Shown piece by piece: positions 38,512 to 48,714 of a stretch of 64,000 nucleotides of DNA. Below the pieces are notes generated by a model. That model ran no database searches, was not told the origin of the DNA, and worked only from the letters and a program-made list of their open reading frames with translations. How positions within the stretch are numbered: the first letter of the stretch is position 1; each line of letters opens with the position of its first letter. The stretch is from positions 96,001-160,000 of the forward strand of contig CAVWFS010000008.1 in the NCBI GenBank assembly GCA_963754315.1. Reading direction: 5' to 3'. This DNA is from an uncultured Candidatus Rokubacteria bacterium (lineage in GTDB: Bacteria; Methylomirabilota; Methylomirabilia; Rokubacteriales; CSP1-6). Position numbers and translations under genes: made by a program.

Positions 38512-40800
38512 ATGAGCGCGATGATCGCTGAGCATGAACTCTCGGGTTACGTCGGGACGCGGACTGTCCGGCCGGATGGCGTGGACAAGGTGACCGGGCG
38601 CGCGCGCTTCGGGGCCGACTTCAACCTCCCCGGACAGCTCGTCGGGCGCGTGCTACGCAGCCCCCATCCCCACGCACGCATCCTCTCCATCGACACCACC
38701 AAGGCAGAGGCGCTGCCGGGCGTCAAGGCCGTCGTCACCCGCGACGATTTTGGCGACCAGCCTTCGGAGTTCATCCCGGCCGGCGAGATGATGATGAACT
38801 ATCGTGACGTCGTCCGGAACGTCATGGCCCGCGAGAAGGTCCTGTACGAAGGTCATCCGGTGGCCGCCGTGGCCGCCACCAGCGCGGCCATCGCAAGGCG
38901 CGCGCTCAAGCTGATCGAGGTGAAGTACGAGGTGCTGCCTCACGTGATCGATGTGGTCGAGGCCATGCGGCCGGACTCGCCGCTGCTGCACGAGGACCTC
39001 TACACGACCGGGGTCGAGCCGAAACCGGACAAACCCTCCAACATTGCCAAGCGCGTCGAGATCACCCTGGGTGACATCGACGAAGGGTTCAAGAAGGCCG
39101 ACGTGGTCATCGAGCGCGAGTTCAAGACCCAGCCCGTGCATCAGGGCTACATCGAGCCACACGCCGCGCTGGCCACCGTGTCGGAGGACGGGTCGGCAGA
39201 GCTCTGGTGCACCACGCAGGGGCACTTCATCGTGCGGGCCCACTGCGCCCGGCTCCTCGGCATGGATATCGCACGGCTCCGGGTGACGGCTTCCGAGATT
39301 GGCGGCGGCTTCGGCGGCAAGACGGTCGTCTATCTGGAGCCGCTCGCCCTCGCGCTGTCACGCAAGGCCAAACGGCCGGTGAAGATGGTCATGACGCGCG
39401 AGGAGGTCTTCAAGTCCTCGGGACCTACTTCCGGCGCCGTCGTGCGGGTCAAGCTGGGGGCAACCAAGGACGGTCGGTTCACGGCGGCCTTCGCCGAGCT
39501 GAAGTACCAGGCTGGCGCCTTCCAGGGCTCGCCCGTGCAGCCCGGCGTCATGTGCGCCTACGCGCCCTACGACATCGACAACGTGAAAGTCATCGGTTAC
39601 GACGTGGTCTCCAACCGGCCCAAGGTGGCGGCCTACCGCGCACCCGGTGCTCCCATCTCCGAGTACGCGGTCGAGAGCGTGATCGACGAGCTGGCCAAGA
39701 AGCTCGACATCGATCCGATCGACCTCCGGATGCAGAACGCTGCCCACGAAGGAACGAAGGCGGCCTATGGTCCGAAGTTCGGTCCCATCGGGATGGAGGA
39801 GACGCTCAACGCCGTCAAGAAGACCGAGCACTGGAACACTCCGCTCCGGAAGTGGCAGGGGCGCGGGGTGGCCTCGGGCTTCTGGTTCAACATCGGCGGT
39901 GAGACCTGCGCATCGCTGACCGTGAACGAGGACGGCACCGTCTCGCTGATGGCCGGCACTCCTGACATCGGCGGGCTGCGCGCGTCGCTGTCCATGGTAG
40001 CCGCCGACGAGTTGGGCATTCCCTACGACAAAGTCCGGGCGATCATTGGCGACACCGGATCGCTCGGCTTCACCTTCCTCACCGGGGGCAGCCGCTCGGC
40101 CTTCTCGGGCTCCATGGCCATCGTGGAAGCCGCCAAGCAGATCAAGGCGGAACTGTGCGCTCGTGCGGCCAAGCTGTGGGACCTCAAGCCGGATGAAGTC
40201 GAGTTCGAAGCCGGCCGGGTGAAGCACAAGAACGATACGACCGACAAGTTCAAGCCGATGTCGCTCGCCGACTTCGCCAAGGTGGCCGGCAAGACCGGAG
40301 GTCCCATCGGCGGTTACGGCCGGATCAACGCCCAGGGCGCCGGGCCGAGTATCGGCACACACGTTGTCGACCTCGAGGTCGACCCCGAGACGGGCCGCGT
40401 CACGATCCTCCGCTACACCGTCGCCCAGGACGCCGGCCGGGCCCTCCATCCGAGCTATGTCGAAGGGCAGTACCAGGGGGGGGCCGCGCAGGGTATCGGA
40501 TGGGCACTGAACGAGGAGTATGTGTACGGCGCGGATGGCAAGCTCCAGAACGCCGGCTTCCTCGACTACCGCATGCCCGTGGCCTCCGATCTGCCGATGA
40601 TCGACGCGATCGTCGTCGAGGTCCCGAACCCGCGGCACCCGTACGGCGTGCGCGGGGTCGGGGAGACGCCCATCGTGCCGCCCCTGGCCGCGGTTGCCAA
40701 CGCCATGGAAAGCGCCACCGGCATCCGGTTCACGGAGCTTCCGATGTCGCCGCCCAAGGTGCTCAAGGCGCTCAAGGAGCGGGGCCTCAACAAGGTCTGA
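38512..40800 (+). CDS. Xanthine dehydrogenase family molybdopterin-binding subunit
   Basis: KVTGRARF, IGGGFGGK, AYRAPG, QGIGWAL and RGVGE motifs. Confidence 0.94.
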   Translation: MSAMIAEHELSGYVGTRTVRPDGVDKVTGRARFGADFNLPGQLVGRVLRSPHPHARILSIDTTKAEALPGVKAVVTRDDFGDQPSEFIPAGEMMMNYRDVVRNVMAREKVLYEGHPVAAVAATSAAIARRALKLIEVKYEVLPHVIDVVEAMRPDSPLLHEDLYTTGVEPKPDKPSNIAKRVEITLGDIDEGFKKADVVIEREFKTQPVHQGYIEPHAALATVSEDGSAELWCTTQGHFIVRAHCARLLGMDIARLRVTASEIGGGFGGKTVVYLEPLALALSRKAKRPVKMVMTREEVFKSSGPTSGAVVRVKLGATKDGRFTAAFAELKYQAGAFQGSPVQPGVMCAYAPYDIDNVKVIGYDVVSNRPKVAAYRAPGAPISEYAVESVIDELAKKLDIDPIDLRMQNAAHEGTKAAYGPKFGPIGMEETLNAVKKTEHWNTPLRKWQGRGVASGFWFNIGGETCASLTVNEDGTVSLMAGTPDIGGLRASLSMVAADELGIPYDKVRAIIGDTGSLGFTFLTGGSRSAFSGSMAIVEAAKQIKAELCARAAKLWDLKPDEVEFEAGRVKHKNDTTDKFKPMSLADFAKVAGKTGGPIGGYGRINAQGAGPSIGTHVVDLEVDPETGRVTILRYTVAQDAGRALHPSYVEGQYQGGAAQGIGWALNEEYVYGADGKLQNAGFLDYRMPVASDLPMIDAIVVEVPNPRHPYGVRGVGETPIVPPLAAVANAMESATGIRFTELPMSPPKVLKALKERGLNKV

Positions 40801-40807
40801 TGGACGC

Positions 40808-41086
40808 ATGGCGCGCGTGGTGCTGGTCGGGAACCTCGCGCAGCTGACAGGGGGCGTCGCCGAGTTCGACCTGCCGGCGACGTCCGTGAAGCACCTGTTC
40901 CAGCAGCTCAGCGCGCTGCACCCATCGCTCGGACCCCACCTCGCCGAGGGCGTGGCCGTCGCCATTGACGGCCAGATCTACCAGGATGCCCTCCTGGAAC
41001 CCATAGGCCCAGACGGCGAGGTATTCATCCTCCCTCAGATCGCGGGAGGGATGACGGTCGGGGCAGGAGGAGAAGAGCGTGGCTAA
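40808..41086 (+). CDS. MoaD/ThiS-family sulfur carrier
   Basis: VAIDG...EVFILPQIAGG; apparent tail after the GG (see findings). Confidence 0.82.
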   Translation: MARVVLVGNLAQLTGGVAEFDLPATSVKHLFQQLSALHPSLGPHLAEGVAVAIDGQIYQDALLEPIGPDGEVFILPQIAGGMTVGAGGEERG

Positions 41087-41813
41087 GAGCGCGGTCACCC
41101 CGGAGCGGTTCGCCAAGGGTCGGACCTTCGAAGAGTACGCGACATACGCGGGGAGTGCTGAGAACCTCGCGCGCGAAGGGTTCGGTGGCTATCACCCTGA
41201 CAGCGGGTCGTTCGGCGCCCAGCGGCCGGACAACAGCGGCATCCTGCGGGAGCGCTACGCGCGGGCACGCCTGGCCGACCACCAGACGGCAGCCATCCAG
41301 TGGCTGGTCGCTCAGCCCCAGGGACCGGCCAAGATCCTGGTCATCTCCGAGGACTGGTCGTCCGATTGCCGCCGTGACGTCCCCATGCTCGCTAGGCTGG
41401 CCGAGGCGGGCGGCCTCGAGCTGCGAATCTTCAACCGCGACGGTAAAAAGATCCTAGGGACGCGGCGACCTGATCCGGCCACCGCGCCCGACGCCAACCA
41501 CGACCTCATGCTCGAGTTCATGAACCGGAAGAACGGCGGCGAGTGGGCGTCGGTCCCGGTGGCGGTGTTCTATACCAAGGACTTCCAGGAGCTCCACCGC
41601 TACATCGAGTATCCGGCCATCTATCACAAGGATCTGATCCGCGGGCACCAGCAGGCCGGACGTCCCGGTGAGGCCGAGAGCCAGACCAAGGAGCGCGCCG
41701 CTCGCGACTTTCTCGCCCTGCAGCGGTCGTCCTTCTTCGACATGTGGGCGTGCGCCGCCGTGGACGAAATCCTCAGCGCATTGCACGAGAAGCTCGTGGT
41801 AGGTCGCGCCTGA
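41079..41813 (+). CDS. Thioredoxin-fold protein with SxxC site
   Basis: KILVISEDWSSDCRRDVP and SVPVAVF cis-Pro loop. Confidence 0.8.
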   Translation: MAKSAVTPERFAKGRTFEEYATYAGSAENLAREGFGGYHPDSGSFGAQRPDNSGILRERYARARLADHQTAAIQWLVAQPQGPAKILVISEDWSSDCRRDVPMLARLAEAGGLELRIFNRDGKKILGTRRPDPATAPDANHDLMLEFMNRKNGGEWASVPVAVFYTKDFQELHRYIEYPAIYHKDLIRGHQQAGRPGEAESQTKERAARDFLALQRSSFFDMWACAAVDEILSALHEKLVVGRA

Positions 41814-41855
41814 CCGTCCGCTAGCGACCTCGGCCGATCATGCGCGCGCGAGGCC

Positions 41856-42641
41856 TTACGCTGCCGTCACCCCGCCATCGACCGGCAGGGCGGCGCCGGT
41901 GACGAACGAAGCCTCGTCGGAAAGAAGGAAGAGCGCGGCGTTGGCGATCTCGTCGGGCTGACCCGTGCGTCCCATGGGCACGGAACCGTGGGCCCGCCGC
42001 CTCACCAGGTCTTCGGGATCCATGCCCGCGGTCGACTTCTGATCGGGGCGCGCCACGAACACCCGCAGCATCGGCGTGTCGATGGGCCCTGGACAGATGG
42101 CGTTCACGCGGATTTTCTCGGGCGCTAGGCGGACGGCCAGGCTACGCACAAAGCCAACCACACCGAACTTGCACATGGAGTAGACCGGGCTGAACGACGA
42201 GCCCTGGAGCCCCGAGGTGGAGGCGGTGAACAGCAGGCTCCCGCCCCCGCGGGCGCGCAGCTCGGGAATGGCCGCCTCGGTGGTCACCAGCACGGTGCGC
42301 AGGTTCAAGTCGATGGCGAGCTGGAACGCTTGCAAGTCGATGCCTTCCACCGCTGCCGGCCCCGGATGGCCCACGTGGTTCCAGACGAAGTCGAGCCCCT
42401 TGAACCGATGGACCGTTTCCCAGACGATCCGGCGGGAGTCATCGTCCTTCGTGAGGTCGGCCACGATTCCATGGGCGATCCCGCCGGCAGCGCTGATCTC
42501 GTTGACGACGGCCGCCACTCTCGATGCCGCCACGTCGACGACGGCGACCTGGGCCCCCTCGCGGGCGAAGCGCAAGGCTCCGGCACGCCCCATACCAGAG
42601 CCAGCGGCGGTCACGATCCCGATCTTTCCAGCGAGCCGCAT
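41856..42641 (-). CDS. Short-chain dehydrogenase/reductase
   Basis: TAAGSGMG, YSMCK and NAICPG motifs. Confidence 0.92.
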   Translation of the reverse strand: MRLAGKIGIVTAAGSGMGRAGALRFAREGAQVAVVDVAASRVAAVVNEISAAGGIAHGIVADLTKDDDSRRIVWETVHRFKGLDFVWNHVGHPGPAAVEGIDLQAFQLAIDLNLRTVLVTTEAAIPELRARGGGSLLFTASTSGLQGSSFSPVYSMCKFGVVGFVRSLAVRLAPEKIRVNAICPGPIDTPMLRVFVARPDQKSTAGMDPEDLVRRRAHGSVPMGRTGQPDEIANAALFLLSDEASFVTGAALPVDGGVTAA

Positions 42642-42765
42642 GTGCTTCCTCCCATGACAGATTGGCGCGGGCCATCCTACCGCGATCCCGGGGCGTGAGC
42701 GCAGAAAGGGCGATATGGGACAATCGGCCAGGGATAAGAAGGGGCTGCCCTAGCGGGAGAACCCG

Positions 42766-43137
42766 ATGAGCGAGAAGAGAACGTTGTACGAACGGCTTGG
42801 TGGATACGATGCGATCGCGGCGGTGGCGAATGACCTCCTGCCCCGGCTCCGGGCCGATCCGCAGCTCGGTCGCTTCTGGGCACACCGTGGGGAGGACGGC
42901 ATCAGCCGTGAGAAGCAGCTCCTGATTGACTTTCTCTGTGCGAGTGCAGGGGGGCCGATGTACTACCGCGGTCGGGACATGGCGCTCTGTCATCGCGGCA
43001 TGCGCATTAGCGAGAGTGACTGGAGCGTGTTTCTCGGCCATGCCGGGGCGACCTTGGCCAAATTCCGGGTGCCGGAGGCCGAACAGCGCGAGGTTGTTAC
43101 GTTTGTCCAGAGCCTCAAGCGGGAGATCGTGGAATAG
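42766..43137 (+). CDS. Group I truncated hemoglobin
   Basis: LYERLGG, GGPMYYRGRDM..CH.GM.I motifs. Confidence 0.9.
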   Translation: MSEKRTLYERLGGYDAIAAVANDLLPRLRADPQLGRFWAHRGEDGISREKQLLIDFLCASAGGPMYYRGRDMALCHRGMRISESDWSVFLGHAGATLAKFRVPEAEQREVVTFVQSLKREIVE

Positions 43138-43193
43138 CCGTGAATCAGTTTCTTGTCGGACGGGTCACGTGACCGGCGCGAACCCGTAGGATC

Positions 43194-44345
43194 CTACCGC
43201 ACCACTCCCTGTTCACGGAGGGCCTGAATAGTCGGGTCATCGTAGCCGAGGACGTCGCGCAACACTTCGTCAGTGTGCTGGCCCGGAGTGGGGACGGGAC
43301 CCAGGCGACCTGGTGTCTTGGACATCTTGATCGTGAGGCCGGGAACGTACATCTCGCCGGCGACGGGATCGTCCATTTTCACCAGCATCTCGCGCTCCCA
43401 GAGGTGAGGGTCCACGGCGACCTCGGGAATCGTCCGGACTGGTGCCACCGGCACTCCGGCTTCCATGAGAGTGGCGCAGATCTCCTCGACGCGGTGGCCA
43501 GCGCACCATTGCTCGACACGGGCGCGGCGGTGGTCGGCAACGCTGCTGCCGGGCAGAGGAGTTGTGTCGACCTCGGCGTCCTCGCCCTGCACGATCCGCA
43601 TCAGGCGCGCCGCCATCTCGCGCCCCGCCGCGCTGATCACCACCCAGCCGTCCAGCGCCCGGTAGGGAGGCCGTCCCCCTTCGCCCCCCTCGGCCCCGGT
43701 GGCCAGGTAGTAGGACGTCGGAATTTCGACCATGGTAAGAGCTGAGTCGAGCAGACACACGTCGACCACTTGACCTTCGCCGGTCCGCTCGCGGTGGCGG
43801 AGTGCGGCGAGCGTGCCGATGGTCGCGTGGAGTGCCGTATAACGATCGACCACCGACGAGGCAGTGCCGAGGGGTTGGCCGACTGGCTGGCCAGTCAGGG
43901 CCATGAGCCCGCTCATGGCCTGGCCGAGCGGATCGAAGGCGGGGCGATCGGTGTACGGACCGTACTGCCCGAAGCCCGACACCGATACAAGAATGACACT
44001 TGCGTTCAGGGCGCGCAGCCGTTCGTAGTCGAAGCCCATCGCGCGCATGACACCAGGCCGAAAGTTCTCGAGCACGACGTCCGCCTTCCGCACAAGACTG
44101 GCGAAGACCACCTTGCCGGCCTCGCTCCGAAGATCCAGGCAGACGCTCTTTTTTCCGCGGTTGTAGACGGTGAAGTACACGCTCTGACCGCGGACGACCG
44201 GCGGGTGCCGCCGCGTCTCCTCGCCGCCAAGGGGCTCGATCTTGATGACCTCGGCCCCGAGGTCGGACAGGATCATGCCGCCGCGCGGACCGGCCTGGAA
44301 GCGAGCCAGTTCGAGGACGCGGACACCGTCGAGTGCGTGAGTCAT
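43194..44345 (-). CDS. Family III CoA-transferase (CaiB/BaiF)
   Basis: LDGVRVLEL, DLGAEVIKIE, NRGKKS and ENFRPG motifs. Confidence 0.93.
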   Translation of the reverse strand: MTHALDGVRVLELARFQAGPRGGMILSDLGAEVIKIEPLGGEETRRHPPVVRGQSVYFTVYNRGKKSVCLDLRSEAGKVVFASLVRKADVVLENFRPGVMRAMGFDYERLRALNASVILVSVSGFGQYGPYTDRPAFDPLGQAMSGLMALTGQPVGQPLGTASSVVDRYTALHATIGTLAALRHRERTGEGQVVDVCLLDSALTMVEIPTSYYLATGAEGGEGGRPPYRALDGWVVISAAGREMAARLMRIVQGEDAEVDTTPLPGSSVADHRRARVEQWCAGHRVEEICATLMEAGVPVAPVRTIPEVAVDPHLWEREMLVKMDDPVAGEMYVPGLTIKMSKTPGRLGPVPTPGQHTDEVLRDVLGYDDPTIQALREQGVVR

Positions 44346-45241
44346 GGCGTGGCGCGTACCTTGACCCCAGCCCGCTCTTCTTGAAGCAGCCAGGGCGCAG
44401 TCGAGTCCTTGTCACCCAATCCGCGAGCCACGCACTCGATCATGAGCTGCTCTGCCACGGCCGCCATGGGCATCGACACGTCATACTCGCGGGCCAGCGC
44501 CGTGGCCAGCCCGATGTCCTTGCGGGCGAGCTTCAGCGCGAACCGCACGTTGTCGAAATCTCCCTTGAAGATGACATTGGGAAGCATCTGGGAGAGCAGC
44601 AGGCCCTGGCCGAACGAGGCTCCCCGGACGGCCTCGAGCAGCGCCTCGGCCCGTACCCCTGCCTTCACGCCGAGCGTGAACCCTTCGGCAAAGACCGCGC
44701 GGGTGGCGATCCCGATCATGTTGTGGACGAGCTTGGCCACCGTGCCCGCCCCGATTGGGCCCATGTAGCCCACCTTGTCGCCCACCGCACCGAGCACGTC
44801 CTTGACCTCGCGATAGATCGACTCGTCTCCCCCCACCATCACTTGAAGCGTCCCACGCTGAGCACCCCACACCCCGCCCGACACGGGGGCATCGAGCACG
44901 TGAACGCCCTTGTCCTTGAACGCGGCGTGGATTTTTCGCATCACCGTCGGCGAACCTGTCGAGAGGTCGGCATACACGCTGCCCGGCACGGCGCCGTGGA
45001 TGATGCCGTCCGCACCGAGGGCCACGGCTTCGACCTCGGTCGGGCCTGGAAGGGAGGTGAGGATCAGCTCGTTGCCGTGGGCGGCCGCGCGCGGGCTTTC
45101 TGCCCACGTGGCCCCCCGCTCGAGATGCGGAGCCGCCGCCGGTCGCCGCACGTCGTGCACGACCAGTGTGTGCCCAGCCTTGATGAGGTTCAACGCCATC
45201 GGTCCACCCATGTTGCCGAGCCCGATGAATCCGATCTTCAT
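44342..45241 (-). CDS. 3-hydroxyisobutyrate/tartronate semialdehyde reductase family dehydrogenase
   Basis: GFIGLGNMG, DAPVSGG, KLVHN and KDI motifs. Confidence 0.92.
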   Translation of the reverse strand: MKIGFIGLGNMGGPMALNLIKAGHTLVVHDVRRPAAAPHLERGATWAESPRAAAHGNELILTSLPGPTEVEAVALGADGIIHGAVPGSVYADLSTGSPTVMRKIHAAFKDKGVHVLDAPVSGGVWGAQRGTLQVMVGGDESIYREVKDVLGAVGDKVGYMGPIGAGTVAKLVHNMIGIATRAVFAEGFTLGVKAGVRAEALLEAVRGASFGQGLLLSQMLPNVIFKGDFDNVRFALKLARKDIGLATALAREYDVSMPMAAVAEQLMIECVARGLGDKDSTAPWLLQEERAGVKVRATP

Positions 45242-45468
45242 CCCGTCCTCCTCGTCAGTGTCGCGTCGGCAGGATAGTGCGCCGGGCCCTCCCCATCGTC
45301 AAGGCTCAGGGCGGAGGGCTCCACGTCGGAAGGTCGCGGAGGCGCACCTCCCAGATAGAGGTGATGCCACAGCTGGGTGGAGAGCACTCCGACATGGAGG
45401 CCTCCCGATCGCACCGCGCGCCAGGTGGCCCGGGCCCTATGTTTGCAGGGAGGCCTCCGGACCTCGAT

Positions 45469-45486
45469 GAGCCCCGGCCGGGGCTC
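45469..45486. terminator. Perfect 18-bp palindrome just downstream of the SBP gene
   Basis: gagccccggccggggctc. Confidence 0.4.
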
Positions 45487-45490
45487 GTGC

Positions 45491-47020
45491 CTATTTGCCC
45501 TTGAGCTTCAGATCCTCGTAGGGAGAGGAGTACGGATGGCCCGCGATAAGGGTGAGGCCGGACTCCGCCACCCGAGGCCCGTAGCCATTCAGGAAGGCCA
45601 GCTCCCAGATGGGCGCGTACACCGCCTTCTCGTGGATGAGCTGCTGAATGCGATGCAGCATCGCCTCCCGGCGTTTCAGATCGTTCTCGCCGGCCTGCTC
45701 ACGCACGAGACCTTCGATGTCCGGATAACTCCCGTAAGTGAAGGTGCCACCCGCCGCCACGAAGGCATCGATCCGGGTAGCCGCGTTGCCGGCCGCCCCG
45801 CTAGCCGTCTGGATGATGTTCTTCAGCTTCTTGTCGCGGTTCTGCGCGATGAATGCGGCCCGCTCCAGGGGGCGCAGCTGCGTCCGGATGCCCGCCGCCT
45901 TGAGGTAGTTGACCACGGCCTCCCCGAGGTTCGCGTAGGAGCTGTCGCAATAGTAGTCCCCCGCGTCGAAGCCATTCGGGTACCCGGCCTCCGTCAGCAA
46001 TCGCTTCGTCTTGGCGGGGTCATACGCATGAATGGGGGGCTGCCAGAAGAACTCGAACGAGGACGGGATGATGCTCCCTAGGACCTTGGAAAAGCCCAGG
46101 GTCTCGGCCTTGTTGATGGCCGGCCGGTCGATGGCATGGTTGACGGCCAGCCGCACGCGCTGATCCGTGAAGGGCGACTTCGGGTCCGTCCACTGCTCTG
46201 GAAAGTTCAGCCAGAACGTCCCCGGAGGGTAGTTCGGCTTGAGGGTCAGCCCCGGAGTGCGCTGCAGCTCCTCAGCCAGGGCCCCCCGGATCGAGTAGGC
46301 GATGTCCACCTCGCCGCGTTTGAGCGCCACCAGCCGCGTCTCCTCCTCCACCACCGACCTGAAGACCAGGCGCTTCACGCTCGGTGTCTTCCGCCAGTAG
46401 CCGTCGAAGGCCTCCAGCACCAGTTCCACGCCTGGGTTGAAGGAGACGAACTTGTAGGGTCCGGCGCCGACGGGCGCCTTCTTGAAGCCGTCGTCCCCGA
46501 CCTTCTCGACATACTTCTTCGGCACAATCCACCCAGCTCCGGTGGATGGGGTGCCGTAGAAGGTCATGAAGTCGGGCCACGGCTGCTTGAAGCGGAACCG
46601 AATACGGTGCTGGTCGATCACATCGATTCCGGCGGTCCGCGCCTTGAAGGGACCCGATCCCGCCCCCCGGTAGCGTTCGAAGGTGAACTTGACGTCCTCG
46701 GCCGTCACCGGGTCACCGTTGTGGAACTTCACCCCCTTGCGCAACACGAACTCGTAGCTGAGGTTGTCCGGGGAAACGGTCCAGGACTCGGCCAAGCTGG
46801 GGGCCATGGCCTGCCCGGGCATCGACTTCACCATGGCGTCATGGATGGCGTAGAGGAACATGAACGGGGTGATGATCCCCGCCGTCTCACCAGGGTCGAA
46901 CCAGGTCGGGGCGAGGGAAACGTGAACCGCCCAGGTAAGCTGACCTTCCGGCGCTCCCGCCGCGGGAGAGGAGGCCACGATGGTGAGGAGCAGTGCGGTG
47001 ATGAGAGCCCGTCGGATCAT
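45491..47020 (-). CDS. ABC transporter substrate-binding protein (family 5, peptide/nickel type), orphan
   Basis: Signal peptide; PSLAESW, KFHNGDPVTAEDVKF and GAGPYKF motifs. Confidence 0.92.
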   Translation of the reverse strand: MIRRALITALLLTIVASSPAAGAPEGQLTWAVHVSLAPTWFDPGETAGIITPFMFLYAIHDAMVKSMPGQAMAPSLAESWTVSPDNLSYEFVLRKGVKFHNGDPVTAEDVKFTFERYRGAGSGPFKARTAGIDVIDQHRIRFRFKQPWPDFMTFYGTPSTGAGWIVPKKYVEKVGDDGFKKAPVGAGPYKFVSFNPGVELVLEAFDGYWRKTPSVKRLVFRSVVEEETRLVALKRGEVDIAYSIRGALAEELQRTPGLTLKPNYPPGTFWLNFPEQWTDPKSPFTDQRVRLAVNHAIDRPAINKAETLGFSKVLGSIIPSSFEFFWQPPIHAYDPAKTKRLLTEAGYPNGFDAGDYYCDSSYANLGEAVVNYLKAAGIRTQLRPLERAAFIAQNRDKKLKNIIQTASGAAGNAATRIDAFVAAGGTFTYGSYPDIEGLVREQAGENDLKRREAMLHRIQQLIHEKAVYAPIWELAFLNGYGPRVAESGLTLIAGHPYSSPYEDLKLKGK

Positions 47021-47145
47021 GTCCTGTCCTCCTCTGCGCCGCGAGCGATCGAACGAAGCCGAGAGGAATCACGAGCGGACGGAAACCGTGAGGGGATTAT
47101 CGGCAAAAACGAATCCTTGTCAACCGCGCCGTAAGCGCTCTCAGC

Positions 47146-48579
47146 TCAACCAGCCAGCGAGGGGCGGCGGTCAGCCCAGGGTTGGGCCGCTTCCAGTTGC
47201 GCGCCGAGCCTGAAGAGCGTGCTCTCCTCCCCGAAGCGTGCCGCGAACTGCACGCCGAGAGGCAGACCGCTCCTGGACCACGCGAGAGGCACTGACATCG
47301 CTGGATTGCCCGAGGAATTGAACAGCGATGTGAACCCGATGCTGGCGAGCAACGCCGCTAGATAGGCGTCGTCATCGTCGCTTGACATGTTCAGCACCCC
47401 GATCGGATACGGCGGCTGGCACATGGTCGGCGTGAGCAAGATGTCGTAGCTCTGGAAGAAGCGGGCCACTGCGCGCCCGGTCCGGTGAACCACATTGATT
47501 GACCGCGCGTAGTCGGCAGCCGTGGCAGTGACACCGTCGACGGCCCGGGCCCAGGTCATCTTCTCCACGTCCTCGGCTTCGAGGGGGCGTCCCCGCACGG
47601 CGGCCCTCGTGTCGAGCTGCGCGCGCACATTGGCCCCAACGATGATGCGAACGGCGCGCCACAGGGCATCGGTATCGATCTGGGGCCTCGCTTCCTCCAC
47701 GTGATGGCCGAGTGACGCGCACAGCTTGGCCGCCGCCCGGGCCGCCTCGGCACATTCAGGATCGACCGGCTGGCCATTCCAGGGCGTCGTGGTCAGTGCG
47801 ATCCGGAGGCGTCCGGGGTCACGGCCGACCTCGGCCAAGAACGGACCGGCCGGAGGCGGCGCCCAGTATGGATCGCCCACGTCCGGGCCCGAGGTCGTGT
47901 CGAGCAACGCAGCGCTGTCGCGCACCGTCCGCGTGATGGCATGCCCCACCGACGCCCCACCCCAGCCTTCACCTGCGTCCGGGCCCATCGGGTTGCGAGC
48001 CCGCGTCGGTTTGAGTCCGAAGAGTCCGCAGCACGAGGCCGGAATGCGAATGGAGCCGCCGCCGTCGGTGGCGTGGGCCATGGGGAGCATCCCGGCGGCC
48101 ACCGCGGCGGCAGCACCGCCGCTCGAGCCGCCAGCGCTGTACGCGAGGTTCCACGGGTTCCGAGTGGGGCCGAACAGGCGCGGCTCGGTCGACGGAGCGA
48201 GTCCGAGCTCGGGGGTGTTGCTCTTGCCAAGGATCACGAAGCCCGCGCGTTTCAATCGGGCCGTGATCTCGCTGTCGTGATCGGCAACGACGCCGGCAAA
48301 GAAAGCGCTTCCGAAGCTCGTGGGGGCGCCCGCGTAGAGCACGCCGAGGTCCTTCAAGAGATAGGGCACGCCCGTGAAGGGTCCGGATGGCAACCCGGCG
48401 ACGATGGTCTCGCGCGCCTGGTCGTACAGACGCGTCACAACCGCGTTCACGGCAGTGTTCCGCTCTTCGATCCGGCCGATCGCCGCCTCGAGGATCTCGG
48501 CCGGCTTCACCTCGTGACGGCGAACGAGCTCCGCAAGGCCGAGGCCATCGTAGCGCTCGAAGTCCGCGAATCCCCGCAT
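47146..48579 (-). CDS. Amidase (amidase-signature family)
   Basis: [15 protein letters not shown] and [14 protein letters not shown] motifs; start taken at ATG 48579. Confidence 0.92.
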   Translation of the reverse strand: MRGFADFERYDGLGLAELVRRHEVKPAEILEAAIGRIEERNTAVNAVVTRLYDQARETIVAGLPSGPFTGVPYLLKDLGVLYAGAPTSFGSAFFAGVVADHDSEITARLKRAGFVILGKSNTPELGLAPSTEPRLFGPTRNPWNLAYSAGGSSGGAAAAVAAGMLPMAHATDGGGSIRIPASCCGLFGLKPTRARNPMGPDAGEGWGGASVGHAITRTVRDSAALLDTTSGPDVGDPYWAPPPAGPFLAEVGRDPGRLRIALTTTPWNGQPVDPECAEAARAAAKLCASLGHHVEEARPQIDTDALWRAVRIIVGANVRAQLDTRAAVRGRPLEAEDVEKMTWARAVDGVTATAADYARSINVVHRTGRAVARFFQSYDILLTPTMCQPPYPIGVLNMSSDDDDAYLAALLASIGFTSLFNSSGNPAMSVPLAWSRSGLPLGVQFAARFGEESTLFRLGAQLEAAQPWADRRPSLAG

Positions 48580-48714
48580 GAAGAAACCCTCCCCCGGGTG
48601 AGTTGCGGCACCCATCATATCCCCGGCGCGTGCTGGCCGCGTCGGGAACGGCTGAGCACGGCAGGCTTGGCGGGAGTGCTGGTCCTCCAGCGGCCGGCCT
48701 CGTACAATCAGCCC

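Noticed and set aside
38512..40800. Aerobic CO dehydrogenase (coxL)
   Set aside because: The active-site loop is AYRAPG, not AYxCSFR or AYxGAGR.
41340..41372. Fifth selenoprotein in the thioredoxin-fold gene
   Set aside because: The site is TCG TCC GAT TGC (SSDC), with no in-frame TGA.
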